A DNA stretch of 64,000 bases from Spirochaetia bacterium (GTDB lineage: Bacteria > Spirochaetota > Spirochaetia > SZUA-6 > Bin103), in assembly GCA_965203055.1 (NCBI GenBank), contig OZ241863.1:4320001-4384000 (forward strand), read 5' to 3'. Positions 28,316-38,337 of this stretch are shown here, one piece after another. Under the pieces are notes generated by a model. That model searched no databases and had not been told where the DNA came from. It worked only from the letters and a program-made list of their open reading frames with translations. The translations under genes were made by a program, and so were the position numbers. Numbering within the stretch: the first letter of the stretch is position 1; every line of letters begins with the position of its first letter.

Positions 28316-29630
28316 TCGACGTTCGGCCCGCTCAATTTGACAGTCAGGTCCCACTTGTCGGCGATGATTTCCGGCGAATGTGTAGCAAGAAGAGCTCTGA
28401 AATGGGATATTTTGGCCATTTTTTCTAAATCGCTTACGAACTGTTCCTGCCATGCGACATGCAGTGACAGCTCGGGTTCATCGATAAGGATGAGGGAGTT
28501 CTTCGACGTGCGAAAAAGCAGCTCATAGAGGATCACGAGCTCGTGCTGCTCGCCGGAAGATAGTAGATCCAGATCGAGGTCTGCGCCGGTCCATGAGACT
28601 ACCCTCAGGCCCGCTGCGCTCACGCTCACCCGCTTATATCGCAGGCGTGAATTCGCAATCGTCATGAACGCATCTATTTTCAGGTATGTGTCGTCGAATA
28701 CATGAAGTTTTGTTTCGTGTCTTGCGCATAGACTGAGAGCACGTCAAGCCGTGATGGGTCCACGTTATTCAGGTCAGGAATGTCGATACTATCGTGACCA
28801 GTCGACAGCAATCCTGCTTCCTCAAGCAGCGACTGACTGTTTTTGATTTCGTCCAGATCTTCGGCAAGTTTCTTCATCGATGTCTCCGACGTGCCATTGC
28901 CGGTTACCACACGGGCCGGAAACGTCCGATCCAGCGACTGAGACAGCGCTGCGTATTCAGCGATGGTCTTGCTTATACGACCGGCGAGCTCCTCGGAATA
29001 GACACGGACGGTGCGTTTCGGATCGCCGGTGCGAGTCAGGCGCTCGGTGTCGATGAACCGGATCGTGACGGCGCCTAGTACGTCTTGCAACCATGGCGGA
29101 AGACGCGGTGATCGCCCTAAATCCAATTCGTGTTGGTACAACGTGCGCACTTCGTCGAGATCTAGCAGCTCGCCTGTCTCTCTGTTACGCCAATGACTGA
29201 TGCCGACGCGATTCAGAATCGGTACGATATCCTCAATGCTGGCCAAGTTGGCCAGATCCATCCGTCGTCGGCGAGTGCGGGGATAAACCGTCCGTCGTCG
29301 GCGAACAGGAGGACGAAACGTCCAGGCTTGTCCGTTACCGTCCTGAAAGATCAACTTCGATTGTGGGCCATCATCGTCCTGTTTCGTATGGTCTTCCTTC
29401 TCAACGATCAGGCTCTTACCTTGATCGAATGAAACCTCCATGCTTCGGAACGATATTTCGGTAAGACGATGCAACGATTGGTTGAACAGCGTATCGATGA
29501 GCCTCAGCGTGGTCGTCTTTCCGAAACCGTTCGGGCCGATCACGATCATGACCCGCTCATCGGTGCGAAACTCCAAGTCGTGATCGAAGTGGTCGAATAG
29601 ACCTCGGACCCGTATGCGGTCGATATTCAT
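28312..29630 (-). pseudogene. ABC/AAA_15-21-type ATPase (PARIS AriA-like), frameshifted at A4 run 28708-28711
   Basis: MNIDRIRVRGLF..IGPNGFGKTT in one frame; LSSGEQ, LIDEPELSLH, ATHSP in the other. Joined by one added A (KQKLHVFDD). Confidence 0.8.
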
Positions 29631-29813
29631 CGCGGCGCTCCAGCTGGCGGTGACCTGAGCATACCCGATCCGCTCCTTTCCCGGAAGGGACGGGCTGTGG
29701 TACCGAAGGCCGTTGGAGACGATGCCGCGCCACGCGCCTGTGCCCGCCGCCTCGGTGGTTGACATGCAACCGGTCAATCTTGACCCTGCGGCGGGAGGCC
29801 GGCGCTAAGCCAC

Positions 29814-31052
29814 GTGAACGTTACGTTTCTGGAGTGCTCGCAGTGCGGCCAGCGCCATGATCGCGGCGTGCTGCACAACCTCTGCCGCGCCTGCGGCAAG
29901 CCGCTGCTGGTGCGCTACGATCTGGCCCGCGCCGCGCGCACCCTGGAGCGCAGCGCGCTGGCGGGCCGGGCGGCCAACTTGTGGCGCTACCGCGAGCTGC
30001 TGCCGGTGGTCCACGCCGCCAACGTGACCACCCTGGGTGAAGGCTGGACACCGTTGCTGCCGGCGGCCAACTTGGGCGCCCGGATGGGAGTGGAGCAGCT
30101 CTATCTCAAGGACGAGTCGGCCAATCCCACCGGCTCGTTCAAGGCGCGCGGCATGGCGGTGGCCGTGGCCATGGCGCGGGAGCTGGGGGCGCGGCGGCTG
30201 GCGGTGCCCTCCGCCGGAAACGCGGCCGGAGCGCTGGCCGCCTACGCCGCCCGCGCCGGCCTGCCGGCCACCATCTTCCTGCCGCGCGACGCCCCCGAGG
30301 CGAACCGCGTCGAGTGCCGGCTGAGCGGCGCCGAGGTGGTACTGGTGGACGGCTTGGTCGACGACTGCGCCCGCCTGCTGGCCGCCGGCGCCGAACGGAA
30401 CGGTTGGTTCGACGTGTCCACGCTTAAGGAGCCGTACCGCATCGAAGGCAAGAAGACGATGGGTTACGAGCTGGCCGAGCAGTTGGACTGGGAGCTGCCC
30501 GAGGTAATCGTCTACCCCACCGGCGGCGGCACCGGACTGATCGGCATGTGGAAGGCGTTCGACGAGCTGCAGCAGCTTGGATGGATCGATTCCCGGCGCC
30601 CGCGGATGATCGTCGTGCAGCCGAGCGGCTGCGCCCCGATCGTCGCCGCGTTCGAGGCCGGCGCCAACGCTGCCGCCGCCGTGCCGCAGCCGCGCACCGC
30701 AGCGGCCGGGCTGCGCATTCCGAAGCCGCTCGGCGACTTCCTGATCCTCGACATCGTGCGCCGCAGCGGGGGCCGGGCGCTGGCCGTGGAGGACGCGGAG
30801 ATCCTCGCCGCAGTGCAGGAGCTCGCCTCCGCGGAAGGGGTCTTCGCAGCCCCGGAGGGGGCCGCCTGCGTGCCCGCGCTGCGCCGCCTGCGCGAGCTCG
30901 GCGAGGTGCAGCCCGGAGACCGCGTGGTGCTGTTCAATACCGGGTCCGGCGTCAAGTATCTCGACCTGTGGCGGGACCGCGACGCGGAGCCATACAATGG
31001 AGACTTCGATGACTCGGTGGAATCTCGTCGTCACGGACGACACGGATCGTAG
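29814..31052 (+). CDS. Threonine synthase-like PLP enzyme
   Basis: N-terminal CxxC..Cx[42 protein letters not shown]. Confidence 0.9.
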   Translation: MNVTFLECSQCGQRHDRGVLHNLCRACGKPLLVRYDLARAARTLERSALAGRAANLWRYRELLPVVHAANVTTLGEGWTPLLPAANLGARMGVEQLYLKDESANPTGSFKARGMAVAVAMARELGARRLAVPSAGNAAGALAAYAARAGLPATIFLPRDAPEANRVECRLSGAEVVLVDGLVDDCARLLAAGAERNGWFDVSTLKEPYRIEGKKTMGYELAEQLDWELPEVIVYPTGGGTGLIGMWKAFDELQQLGWIDSRRPRMIVVQPSGCAPIVAAFEAGANAAAAVPQPRTAAAGLRIPKPLGDFLILDIVRRSGGRALAVEDAEILAAVQELASAEGVFAAPEGAACVPALRRLRELGEVQPGDRVVLFNTGSGVKYLDLWRDRDAEPYNGDFDDSVESRRHGRHGS

Positions 31053-31245
31053 CGTGCGCAGCTACTTGGCGCGGACGGGCGGAACGAAGGGCGACCTGTC
31101 GAAGTTCGTGGAGCGTGCGGTTCGCCAAGCGATCTTCTGGGACACGGTCGAGGCAGTCTGGGAACGCAACAAGCACCTGCCGGCCGCAGAAGTGCAGCGC
31201 GCCGCCGATGAAGCGGTCGCCGACGCCCGTTCGGATCGTTTCTAA
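31009..31245 (+). CDS. Small ribbon-helix-helix protein
   Basis: [20 protein letters not shown]...[12 protein letters not shown] is RHH-like; TACAAT at 30993; overlaps the 3' end of the thrC-like gene. Confidence 0.7.
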   Translation: MTRWNLVVTDDTDRSVRSYLARTGGTKGDLSKFVERAVRQAIFWDTVEAVWERNKHLPAAEVQRAADEAVADARSDRF

Positions 31246-31247
31246 GT

Positions 31248-32186
31248 CTAAGGAATTCTGAATCGGCGATGCAGATGGTGGCGGCCGCTGGCAGGGTCGA
31301 ACTCCCGCTGCACGTCGTCGCGCTCGCGCGGTCCTATCCGCGTCCACGTCGTAAGGTCCTTGCCGCACGACGTATCAAAACCATTTGGCAGTAAGATCCC
31401 TATCAGGTTGCTGATCAGGTAGCGGTCATGAAAATCGTCCCAGACGAATACCTTTGCCTGTAGACCGGTCGCCTGTAACCTCTCGCCGAGCGTCTGTCGA
31501 AAGTCATCCTCGAGTTGGTCGAAGTCAAGAACCCTGCGCTGCTGCCCCGATCCTTCGTAGCACACCCGGTGGATTTCGACGTGTGGCGCCGGTGTGCGGC
31601 TGCCTGCACCAGACAGAAGGTCGGAAAAGTCTTGGTACCGTTCTTTCGCCGGGTGCAGGTAAGGGTCAATGAACTGAATGGAGTTGGCGCAACGGAGGAC
31701 CAGATCGAGTTGCCGTCGGTACTCCGCTAACTTCCTTTGAAGTCGAATCGCCGGACTGCGGCTATTCCACCAAGCCGCACCATCGAGTCGATCGACTGGT
31801 GCTACCAGCGCCTCGGCTTGATACTTATCCTTGATCGGCCCGGTCACGATGATTCCGCCGGTCAACGTCAGCCGCGCGTGAGACGCCAGAGCCTCCTCAC
31901 ACCATGCAATATCATCAATGGGAACGGCGGGCGACTCTGACCGGGAACTGATCAGTCTACCCTGCGTCTCCAGTTTCTTCACCAGTTCCTTGCCTAGGCG
32001 TTGCCAACGACGTTTTTCCCCTTTGAGCAGTGCTCGCCACTCCCCTGCATGGAGATCGCGCACCACACCTTCGGTCCTCATTACGCTGCTGATCTCTCTC
32101 AGGTGGAGCCGGCACACCTCCTCGTTGGAGTAAGAGTCGATGTCAAACACGTCAGGAGTGATGGTGTAGTCGGCGAGGAGCGCCAT
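31248..32186 (-). CDS. Hypothetical protein with C-terminal PLD/MIT_C-like domain (putative nuclease)
   Basis: IQFIDPYL ... FHDRYLISN..LPNGFD resembles the DPY/HDR/GxD pattern of the MIT_C PLD-like fold. ATG follows the ATPase stop with no gap. Confidence 0.6.
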   Translation of the reverse strand: MALLADYTITPDVFDIDSYSNEEVCRLHLREISSVMRTEGVVRDLHAGEWRALLKGEKRRWQRLGKELVKKLETQGRLISSRSESPAVPIDDIAWCEEALASHARLTLTGGIIVTGPIKDKYQAEALVAPVDRLDGAAWWNSRSPAIRLQRKLAEYRRQLDLVLRCANSIQFIDPYLHPAKERYQDFSDLLSGAGSRTPAPHVEIHRVCYEGSGQQRRVLDFDQLEDDFRQTLGERLQATGLQAKVFVWDDFHDRYLISNLIGILLPNGFDTSCGKDLTTWTRIGPRERDDVQREFDPASGRHHLHRRFRIP

Positions 32187-33848
32187 CTAGAACATTTCCC
32201 GCAGCCCTTCCTCAAAGAAGCCGCCGGGCCACGCCTTTACCAGCTCGCCGCGCTCGTTCAGCGGCATTTCTCGGATGATGCTCCGGGGACCGTCGGGTTC
32301 CACGAACAGCACCATGACGTCTTCGGGCCGCACTGCCGGCGCTCTATCCGGCAGGTCACCGGCGGCGGTCTCGCGCAGGCGGCGCATGATGCGGAGCAGG
32401 AGGTGCTCGCTGTGGGTCTCCACGAGCAAGGTGTTGCCGCGGTCGAGGGCGGACCGCAGAAAGACATCGCCCAACTCGGCCTGCAGCGCCGGGTGCAGGT
32501 TCACCTCGGGTTGCTCAATCGCCAACAGATGGTCTTTCACGGCGAACGCGGACATGAGGATGGGGAGCACCTGGCTTATGCCCGCACCGACATCGCGCGC
32601 GCTGACCGTAGTGCCGCTACGAGTGTCGACCAAGTGGAGGGTGTGCCGTACATCGTGGCGGGCCGCATCGCGTAGTTCGAGTCGGTACGGCGTCTTCAGA
32701 AGATGTTCGGTGCCCAGCCATTCATTCACCTGCCGGCGGACATGCGAGTCGGTACGGGTGATTTCCCAGGCAGCCGCTCCGGCGAACCAGTCCAGATCTG
32801 CCCGCTGCGCGAAGGTGTCGCTGCGGGCGGGCCAGTAGCGCAACGGACCGAGATAGATCAGCCGACCGAATTCGGCTTCCAGGGTGGCGCCTATGTTGTT
32901 CACCACACCGTACAATATCCGCACTAGCGAATCGTCGGGGGCTGGGTCCGCGGGTGACCCAGGTCTTCCTTGATGGCGGACTTTGGATACGTGATGTTCG
33001 TTAAGTTCGAGTCGGGGGACCAGTCGATGAGGGCTGGTCGTAACCCACGGCGACTCGACGCGCCGGAGGATGTGCCTGTTCAGCCTGCTTTCGCCGAGCT
33101 GTTGGCGCACTATCTCCCCGATAGCCGGGTGGTTCCAGGCAACGTCGAACCCCCATCCCCCGTGATTGCTCAAGCACAGCAACGGCTCACCGGCAGTATC
33201 CAACGCGAAGCGTTGCAAACGTACGCCGCCGTCCCAGTCAATTTCGACCTCGGGTTGGGTATCGACAATGAGCCAGTGATCAAGCTCCTGATCTCTAGTA
33301 GGGTCCACTTCCTGCTCCGAGCCCTCGGCAACCAACACGTCTGCCGCAATGTAGGAGGCGTCGGCGAGCGTTGTGCCTGGCCGAACGGCAACCTGAAGAT
33401 GCCGCGCCTTGGGCGTGAATCCGAGGTCTACCTTGCATACTGCCGTGCGCACGCCGCGAAACGGCCGGCCCGCAGCGGCGCCGAGGTCGAGCTCGAATCC
33501 GAGTTGGACGATCCGTTGAGGGTCGCGGAGATGGACGTACTGGCGAAATCCGCCGAGATCGATCGCGTCGCCGCCAAGCCGGGTGCGTTCCACGTCGGCA
33601 TCGCCGGTATGGATGGCATGGTGCGCCAAAGCCAGGGCGTGCAACACGCTCGACTTGCCGGCGCTGTTGGCGCCGTACATCAGAGTAATGGGACGCAGCG
33701 GGACTCGCTGACTGGAAGCGAATGCCTTGAAGTTGGCCAAGTGAAGAGCGTTGAGATTCAATTCCGATATCCGGTGGCGGGCCGCAGCCTGGGGCGGGCG
33801 TGACGATCCGACGCGCGTCAGATTAAGGTCTGTTTCGGAGGTCGTCAA
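32187..33848 (-). CDS. ABC/AAA_21-type ATPase with C-terminal DUF3696-like segment
   Basis: LANFKAF, GANSAGKSS, YLGPLR, VGAGISQVLP, IEQPEVNLHP, VETHSEH, WPGGFFEE. True start may be TTG 33761. Confidence 0.85.
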   Translation of the reverse strand: MTTSETDLNLTRVGSSRPPQAAARHRISELNLNALHLANFKAFASSQRVPLRPITLMYGANSAGKSSVLHALALAHHAIHTGDADVERTRLGGDAIDLGGFRQYVHLRDPQRIVQLGFELDLGAAAGRPFRGVRTAVCKVDLGFTPKARHLQVAVRPGTTLADASYIAADVLVAEGSEQEVDPTRDQELDHWLIVDTQPEVEIDWDGGVRLQRFALDTAGEPLLCLSNHGGWGFDVAWNHPAIGEIVRQQLGESRLNRHILRRVESPWVTTSPHRLVPRLELNEHHVSKVRHQGRPGSPADPAPDDSLVRILYGVVNNIGATLEAEFGRLIYLGPLRYWPARSDTFAQRADLDWFAGAAAWEITRTDSHVRRQVNEWLGTEHLLKTPYRLELRDAARHDVRHTLHLVDTRSGTTVSARDVGAGISQVLPILMSAFAVKDHLLAIEQPEVNLHPALQAELGDVFLRSALDRGNTLLVETHSEHLLLRIMRRLRETAAGDLPDRAPAVRPEDVMVLFVEPDGPRSIIREMPLNERGELVKAWPGGFFEEGLREMF

Positions 33849-34062
33849 ACCACCGGGGCCAACACTCCCAACGCCCTGCCGCCCCCGCCGGCCTCCCTAC
33901 GTTCACGTGACGTGACCGGGGCGGGGTCCGGCGGGGCGTTCGAGGGCGTCGCAGCGGTCTCGGCGGCGGTTGGTTGCTCCGTGCGGCCGGTTGGGCTACG
34001 CTGGCCGCCACCCCGGTGCCCGCGCCTCCCGCGGACCGCGAATTCGGAAAGGAGTGACCTCT

Positions 34063-35979
34063 ATGACTACGAGATTGCAGCGCGTATCGAGCCTGGCGCT
34101 GGCGTTGTCGATGCTTGCCGCCGCCCTGGGCTGGGCGCAGACCTACCAGGAGGCGCCGATGCTGGCCGCGATGGTCCGCGCCGGCGAGCTGCCGCCGGTG
34201 GCCGAGCGGCTGCCGTCCAACCCGCTGGTGGTGGAACCGTTCGACTCGATCGGCGTCTACGGCGGCACGGTGCGGATGATGGACGTGTCGGACCGCATGT
34301 CGATCGGCCTGCGGGTGCGCCACACCGGCCTGTTCCGCTACAACCAGACCGCCAGCCGGTTCGAGGCCGACTTGGCCGCCAGCCACGCTTGGTCGAACGA
34401 CAACCGCACCCTCACCCTGAAGCTGCGCGACGGGCTGCGCTGGTCGGACGGCGAGCCGTTCACCACCGCCGACCTGATGTTCAAGTGGGAACACGAGATC
34501 ACCAACGAGGAGCTGCACCCGCGCGGCATCGATCCGTTCTGGACGCTGGGCGGAGAACGCGCCGTCTGGGAGCCGCTCGACGACAGCACCATCCGCTTCA
34601 CCTGGGCCGCTCCCAACCCGGTGGCCATGGACCGGTTCGGGCGCACCCACTTCTCCGGCGACAACGCCCTGTTCCTGCCCGCGCACTACCTGCAGCAGTT
34701 CCACGCCGACTTCAACGACGACGCCGCGGCCCTGGCCGCGGAGCTCGGCTTCGAGGACTGGATCACGATGTTCAACGACCGCCGGGCGCAGGGCTACAAC
34801 CAGTCCGCGGTCACCGTCGGCCGCCCCTACCTGGACATGCACGTGCCGGAGGTGGTGGAGAGCAACCGCGTGCTGCTGGTGCGCAACCCCTACTACCACC
34901 ACGTCGACACCGCCGGCAACCAGCTCCCCTACGCCGACCGGCTGGAGGTCACCCACGTCGGCGACAAGCAGCTCTACGATCTGAAGGCGTCGGCCGGCGA
35001 AGCCGACTTCGTCGCCTACTACACCGGCGCCCCGAGCCTGCCCACCTACAAGGCGGGCGAGGCGCAGGGCGGCTACCGCACGGTGATCGCGCAGTCGCTG
35101 CGCACCGCCGAGCTGGTGTTGTTCATCAATCACAACGTCGCCGACCCGGTGCTGCACGACCTGTTCAACGACCGCGACTTCCGCGTCGCCCTGTCGGTGG
35201 CGTTGAACCGCCCGCAGATGAACGAAATCGTGTTCTTCGGACTGGGCGACCCGCATCCGGCCACGCCGCTGAACACCATGGAGTTCTTCGATCAGGCGTG
35301 GTACAACGCCAATCTGGCGCACGACCCGGAGCGCGCCAACCGGCTGCTCGACGCCGCCGGACTGTCCCGGCGCGACGCCGACGGCTTCCGCGTGCGGCCC
35401 GATGACGGCCGCCGCCTCAGCCTGGTGATCGAGATCGGCGTGCTGGAGGGTCCCAAGGAGGCAATCTGCGAGCTGATCGCCAATGACTGGCGGCAGGTGG
35501 GCATCGAGGGCGCCTGCAAGGTGATCGACGGCGCCCTGCTCAACGAGCGCCTCGACGCCAACGAAACCGCCATCTCGGCCTGGCACCTGGGCCGCACCAC
35601 GCTGCTCGGGCGCGGCACCCCGGATCAGTTCGCGTTCGAGCGCTGCAGCGCCAACAACTGGGGCCGGCAGTGGTGCTTCTGGTTCGTCTCCGGCGGCGAG
35701 AGCGGGGTCGAGCCTCCGCCCGAGATCAAGGCGCTCGACGCGCGCTGGCAGGCGTTCAAGCAGGCCGCCACCGGCACGCCGGAGGCCGCCGCGCTGGGCA
35801 AGGCGTACTTCGCGTTCTTCGCCGACGAGCTGCCGATGATCCCGACCATCGGGCTGGCGCCCCATCCGGTGATCATCAACGACCGCCTGAAGAACGTGCC
35901 GGCGGACAACATCTTCTGGGGCTCCGACACCAACTTCTACGCCCCCTACAAGCCGGAACAATGGTACATCGCGGAGTGA
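34063..35979 (+). CDS. ABC transporter substrate-binding protein, family 5 (peptide/oligosaccharide)
   Basis: Signal peptide, EAPMLA..LPPVAERLP, LRWSDGEPFT, RNPYY..GNQLPY; AGGAG RBS. Confidence 0.93.
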   Translation: MTTRLQRVSSLALALSMLAAALGWAQTYQEAPMLAAMVRAGELPPVAERLPSNPLVVEPFDSIGVYGGTVRMMDVSDRMSIGLRVRHTGLFRYNQTASRFEADLAASHAWSNDNRTLTLKLRDGLRWSDGEPFTTADLMFKWEHEITNEELHPRGIDPFWTLGGERAVWEPLDDSTIRFTWAAPNPVAMDRFGRTHFSGDNALFLPAHYLQQFHADFNDDAAALAAELGFEDWITMFNDRRAQGYNQSAVTVGRPYLDMHVPEVVESNRVLLVRNPYYHHVDTAGNQLPYADRLEVTHVGDKQLYDLKASAGEADFVAYYTGAPSLPTYKAGEAQGGYRTVIAQSLRTAELVLFINHNVADPVLHDLFNDRDFRVALSVALNRPQMNEIVFFGLGDPHPATPLNTMEFFDQAWYNANLAHDPERANRLLDAAGLSRRDADGFRVRPDDGRRLSLVIEIGVLEGPKEAICELIANDWRQVGIEGACKVIDGALLNERLDANETAISAWHLGRTTLLGRGTPDQFAFERCSANNWGRQWCFWFVSGGESGVEPPPEIKALDARWQAFKQAATGTPEAAALGKAYFAFFADELPMIPTIGLAPHPVIINDRLKNVPADNIFWGSDTNFYAPYKPEQWYIAE

Positions 35980-36086
35980 CGCGGCAGCGCGGCGGGACCG
36001 CGGCCCGATAGCGCGGCCGGCCGCTCCGGGAGGACCGGGAGGATGGGCGGCGCCTTACCTGGCGCCGTCGGTCCTCCCTCCGGTAC

Positions 36087-37082
36087 GTGAACTACACCTC
36101 CTACCTGATCCGCCGCCTGCTGTACATGGTGGTCACCCTCATCGCCATCAGCGCGGCGGTCTTCGTGGTGATCCAACTGCCGCCGGGCGACGCGGTGGAT
36201 GCGATCGTGGCGGAACGCGAGGCGCAGGGCGACGTGATCACCGACGAGGATGAGCGCGAACTGCGCCGCCTGTACGGTCTGGACCGGCCGCTGGTGGTGC
36301 AGTACGCCGAGTGGGTGGTGAGATTCCTGACCGGCGACATGGGCCGTTCGATCCGCGGGCTGCCGGTGAGCGGCCTGATAGCCGAGCGCCTGGGCGCCAC
36401 CGCGATGCTGTCGCTGATCAGCATCCTGTTCACCTATCTGGTGGCGATTCCGATCGGCATCTACAGCGCCACCCACCAGTACCGCCTGAGCGACTACGCC
36501 CTGACCACCGTCGGCTTCATGGGACTGGCCACGCCCAACTTCCTGTTGGCGTTGATCCTGCTGTTCCTGTTCTACCGCTTCTTCGGGCTCAGCATCGGCG
36601 GCTTCTTCTCGCCCGGCATGGAGGAGCAGCCGTGGAGCGCGGCCAAGCTGATCGACCTGCTCAGCCACCTGTGGATTCCGGTGATCGTGATCGGCACCGC
36701 GGCCACCGCCGGCACCATCCGGGTGATGCGCGCCACCGTGCTGGACGAGTTGGGCAAGCAATACGTGATCACGGCGCAGGCGAAGGGGCTGCCGCGGCGC
36801 CGCCTGCTGCTGAAGTACCCGGTGCGGCTGGCGCTCAACCCGATCGTCAGCACGGTGGGCGGCGTGCTGCCGGGGCTGATCGCCGGCCAGACTATCGTCG
36901 CGATCGTGCTCAACCTGCCGACGTTGGGGCCGCTGCTGTTTACCGCCCTGCGCGCGCAGGACATCAATCTGGCGGCGAGCGTGTTGATGATGCAGAGCGT
37001 GCTGGCGGTGCTCGGGGTGCTGGTGTCGGACCTCCTGCTGGTGGTCGTGGACCCGCGCATCCGCTTCGAGCGCAGCGCCTGA
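36087..37082 (+). CDS. ABC transporter permease (OppB/DppB-like)
   Basis: QLPPGD, YGLDRP, YVITAQAKGL, DPRIR. Confidence 0.93.
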   Translation: MNYTSYLIRRLLYMVVTLIAISAAVFVVIQLPPGDAVDAIVAEREAQGDVITDEDERELRRLYGLDRPLVVQYAEWVVRFLTGDMGRSIRGLPVSGLIAERLGATAMLSLISILFTYLVAIPIGIYSATHQYRLSDYALTTVGFMGLATPNFLLALILLFLFYRFFGLSIGGFFSPGMEEQPWSAAKLIDLLSHLWIPVIVIGTAATAGTIRVMRATVLDELGKQYVITAQAKGLPRRRLLLKYPVRLALNPIVSTVGGVLPGLIAGQTIVAIVLNLPTLGPLLFTALRAQDINLAASVLMMQSVLAVLGVLVSDLLLVVVDPRIRFERSA

Positions 37083-37083
37083 C

Positions 37084-38244
37084 GTGGCGACCGACCGGCC
37101 GGCCGCGCGCGCCGAACCCGGCGCCGGCCGCGTGACCGCAACCAGCGCCGAGGAGCGCTACTTCATCGCCTCGCAGCGGCAGTTGATGTGGCGCAAGTTC
37201 CGCCGCCACCGGCTGGCGGTAATCTCCGGCAGCGCGCTGCTGCTCGCCTATCTGGCGGCCTTCAGCTACGAATTCTGCGCCCCCTACGGCTCGTTGACCC
37301 AGCATGAGGGGTTCGTCAACGCGCCGCCGACGCGCATCCGCCTGATCGACCCCGCCGGGCGCCTGCGCGCCCCCTTCGTCTACGGGCTCACCGGCACGGT
37401 GAATCTCGAAACCTTCCAGCGCGAGTTCGTCGAAGATCGATCCGTGATCCATCCGTTGCGCTTCCTGGCGCGCGGCGAGAGCTACCGCTTCTGGGGCCGC
37501 ATCGACGCCAGCCGGCACCTGTTCGACGCCGGCGAGGGGCGCATCTTCCTGCTCGGCACCGACGCCCTGGGCCGCGACGTGTTCTCGCGCGTGCTGGCCG
37601 GCAGCCGCATCAGTCTGACCATCGGGCTGGTCGGAGTGTTGCTCAGCTTCGTGCTCGGTTGCATCCTGGGCGGGGTGTCGGGTTACTTCGGCGGCGTGCC
37701 CGATCTCGTCATCCAGCGCGTCATCGAGTTCCTCGGCGCGATTCCCAACATCCCGCTGTGGATGGCGCTGAGCGCGGTCATTCCGGTCAACTGGCCGGTA
37801 ATTCGCGTCTACTTCGCCATCACCATCATCCTGTCGGTGCTGAATTGGACCGAGCTGTCGCGGGTGGTGCGCGGCAAGCTGCTGGAGCTGCGCGAGTATG
37901 ATTACGTGACCGCCGCCAAGCTGGCCGGCGCGCGCAACGGCGCCATCATCGCGACCCATCTGCTGCCCGGCTTCCTGAGCTACCTGATCGTGCGCCTCAC
38001 GCTGGCAATTCCCGGCATGATCCTCGGCGAGACCGCGTTGAGCTTCCTGGGGCTGGGCATTCAGCCGCCCGCGGTGAGCTGGGGCACCCTGCTGCAGGGG
38101 GCGCAGAACGTGACCAACATCGCCATCTATCCGTGGCTGTTGACGCCGGCGCTGTTCGTCGTAGTGACGGTGCTGCTCTACAACTTCGTCGGCGACGGGT
38201 TGCGCGACGCCGCCGACCCCTACGCCATGAGCGGCCGGGGTTAG
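37084..38244 (+). CDS. ABC transporter permease (OppC/DppC-like)
   Basis: LGTDALGRD, ETALSFLGLG, GDGLRDAADP. Confidence 0.93.
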   Translation: MATDRPAARAEPGAGRVTATSAEERYFIASQRQLMWRKFRRHRLAVISGSALLLAYLAAFSYEFCAPYGSLTQHEGFVNAPPTRIRLIDPAGRLRAPFVYGLTGTVNLETFQREFVEDRSVIHPLRFLARGESYRFWGRIDASRHLFDAGEGRIFLLGTDALGRDVFSRVLAGSRISLTIGLVGVLLSFVLGCILGGVSGYFGGVPDLVIQRVIEFLGAIPNIPLWMALSAVIPVNWPVIRVYFAITIILSVLNWTELSRVVRGKLLELREYDYVTAAKLAGARNGAIIATHLLPGFLSYLIVRLTLAIPGMILGETALSFLGLGIQPPAVSWGTLLQGAQNVTNIAIYPWLLTPALFVVVTVLLYNFVGDGLRDAADPYAMSGRG

Positions 38245-38295
38245 CTCAGGTTACGCGAGGCCGTGCGCGAACGAAGGCCGGACGGAGCGAGAGGC

Positions 38296-38324
38296 TTGAC
38301 GCCGGAGTAACGTGGGGCTACGGT
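38296..38324 (+). promoter_or_regulatory. Putative sigma70 promoter for rpn
   Basis: TTGACG (38296), 17 bp, TACGGT (38319). Confidence 0.5.
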
Positions 38325-38337
38325 CGCGCCGGATTTC

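Noticed and set aside
28160..28711. Programmed -1 ribosomal frameshifting in the PARIS-like genes
   Set aside because: Neither site is a canonical X XXY YYZ heptamer; indel or sequencing error is simpler.
33866..33945. GC-rich hairpin bounded by AAC...GTT next to the DUF3696 islet, considered as an integron attC site
   Set aside because: The ends do not fit RYYYAAC/GTTRRRY, I found no second copy, and there is no integron integrase in the window.
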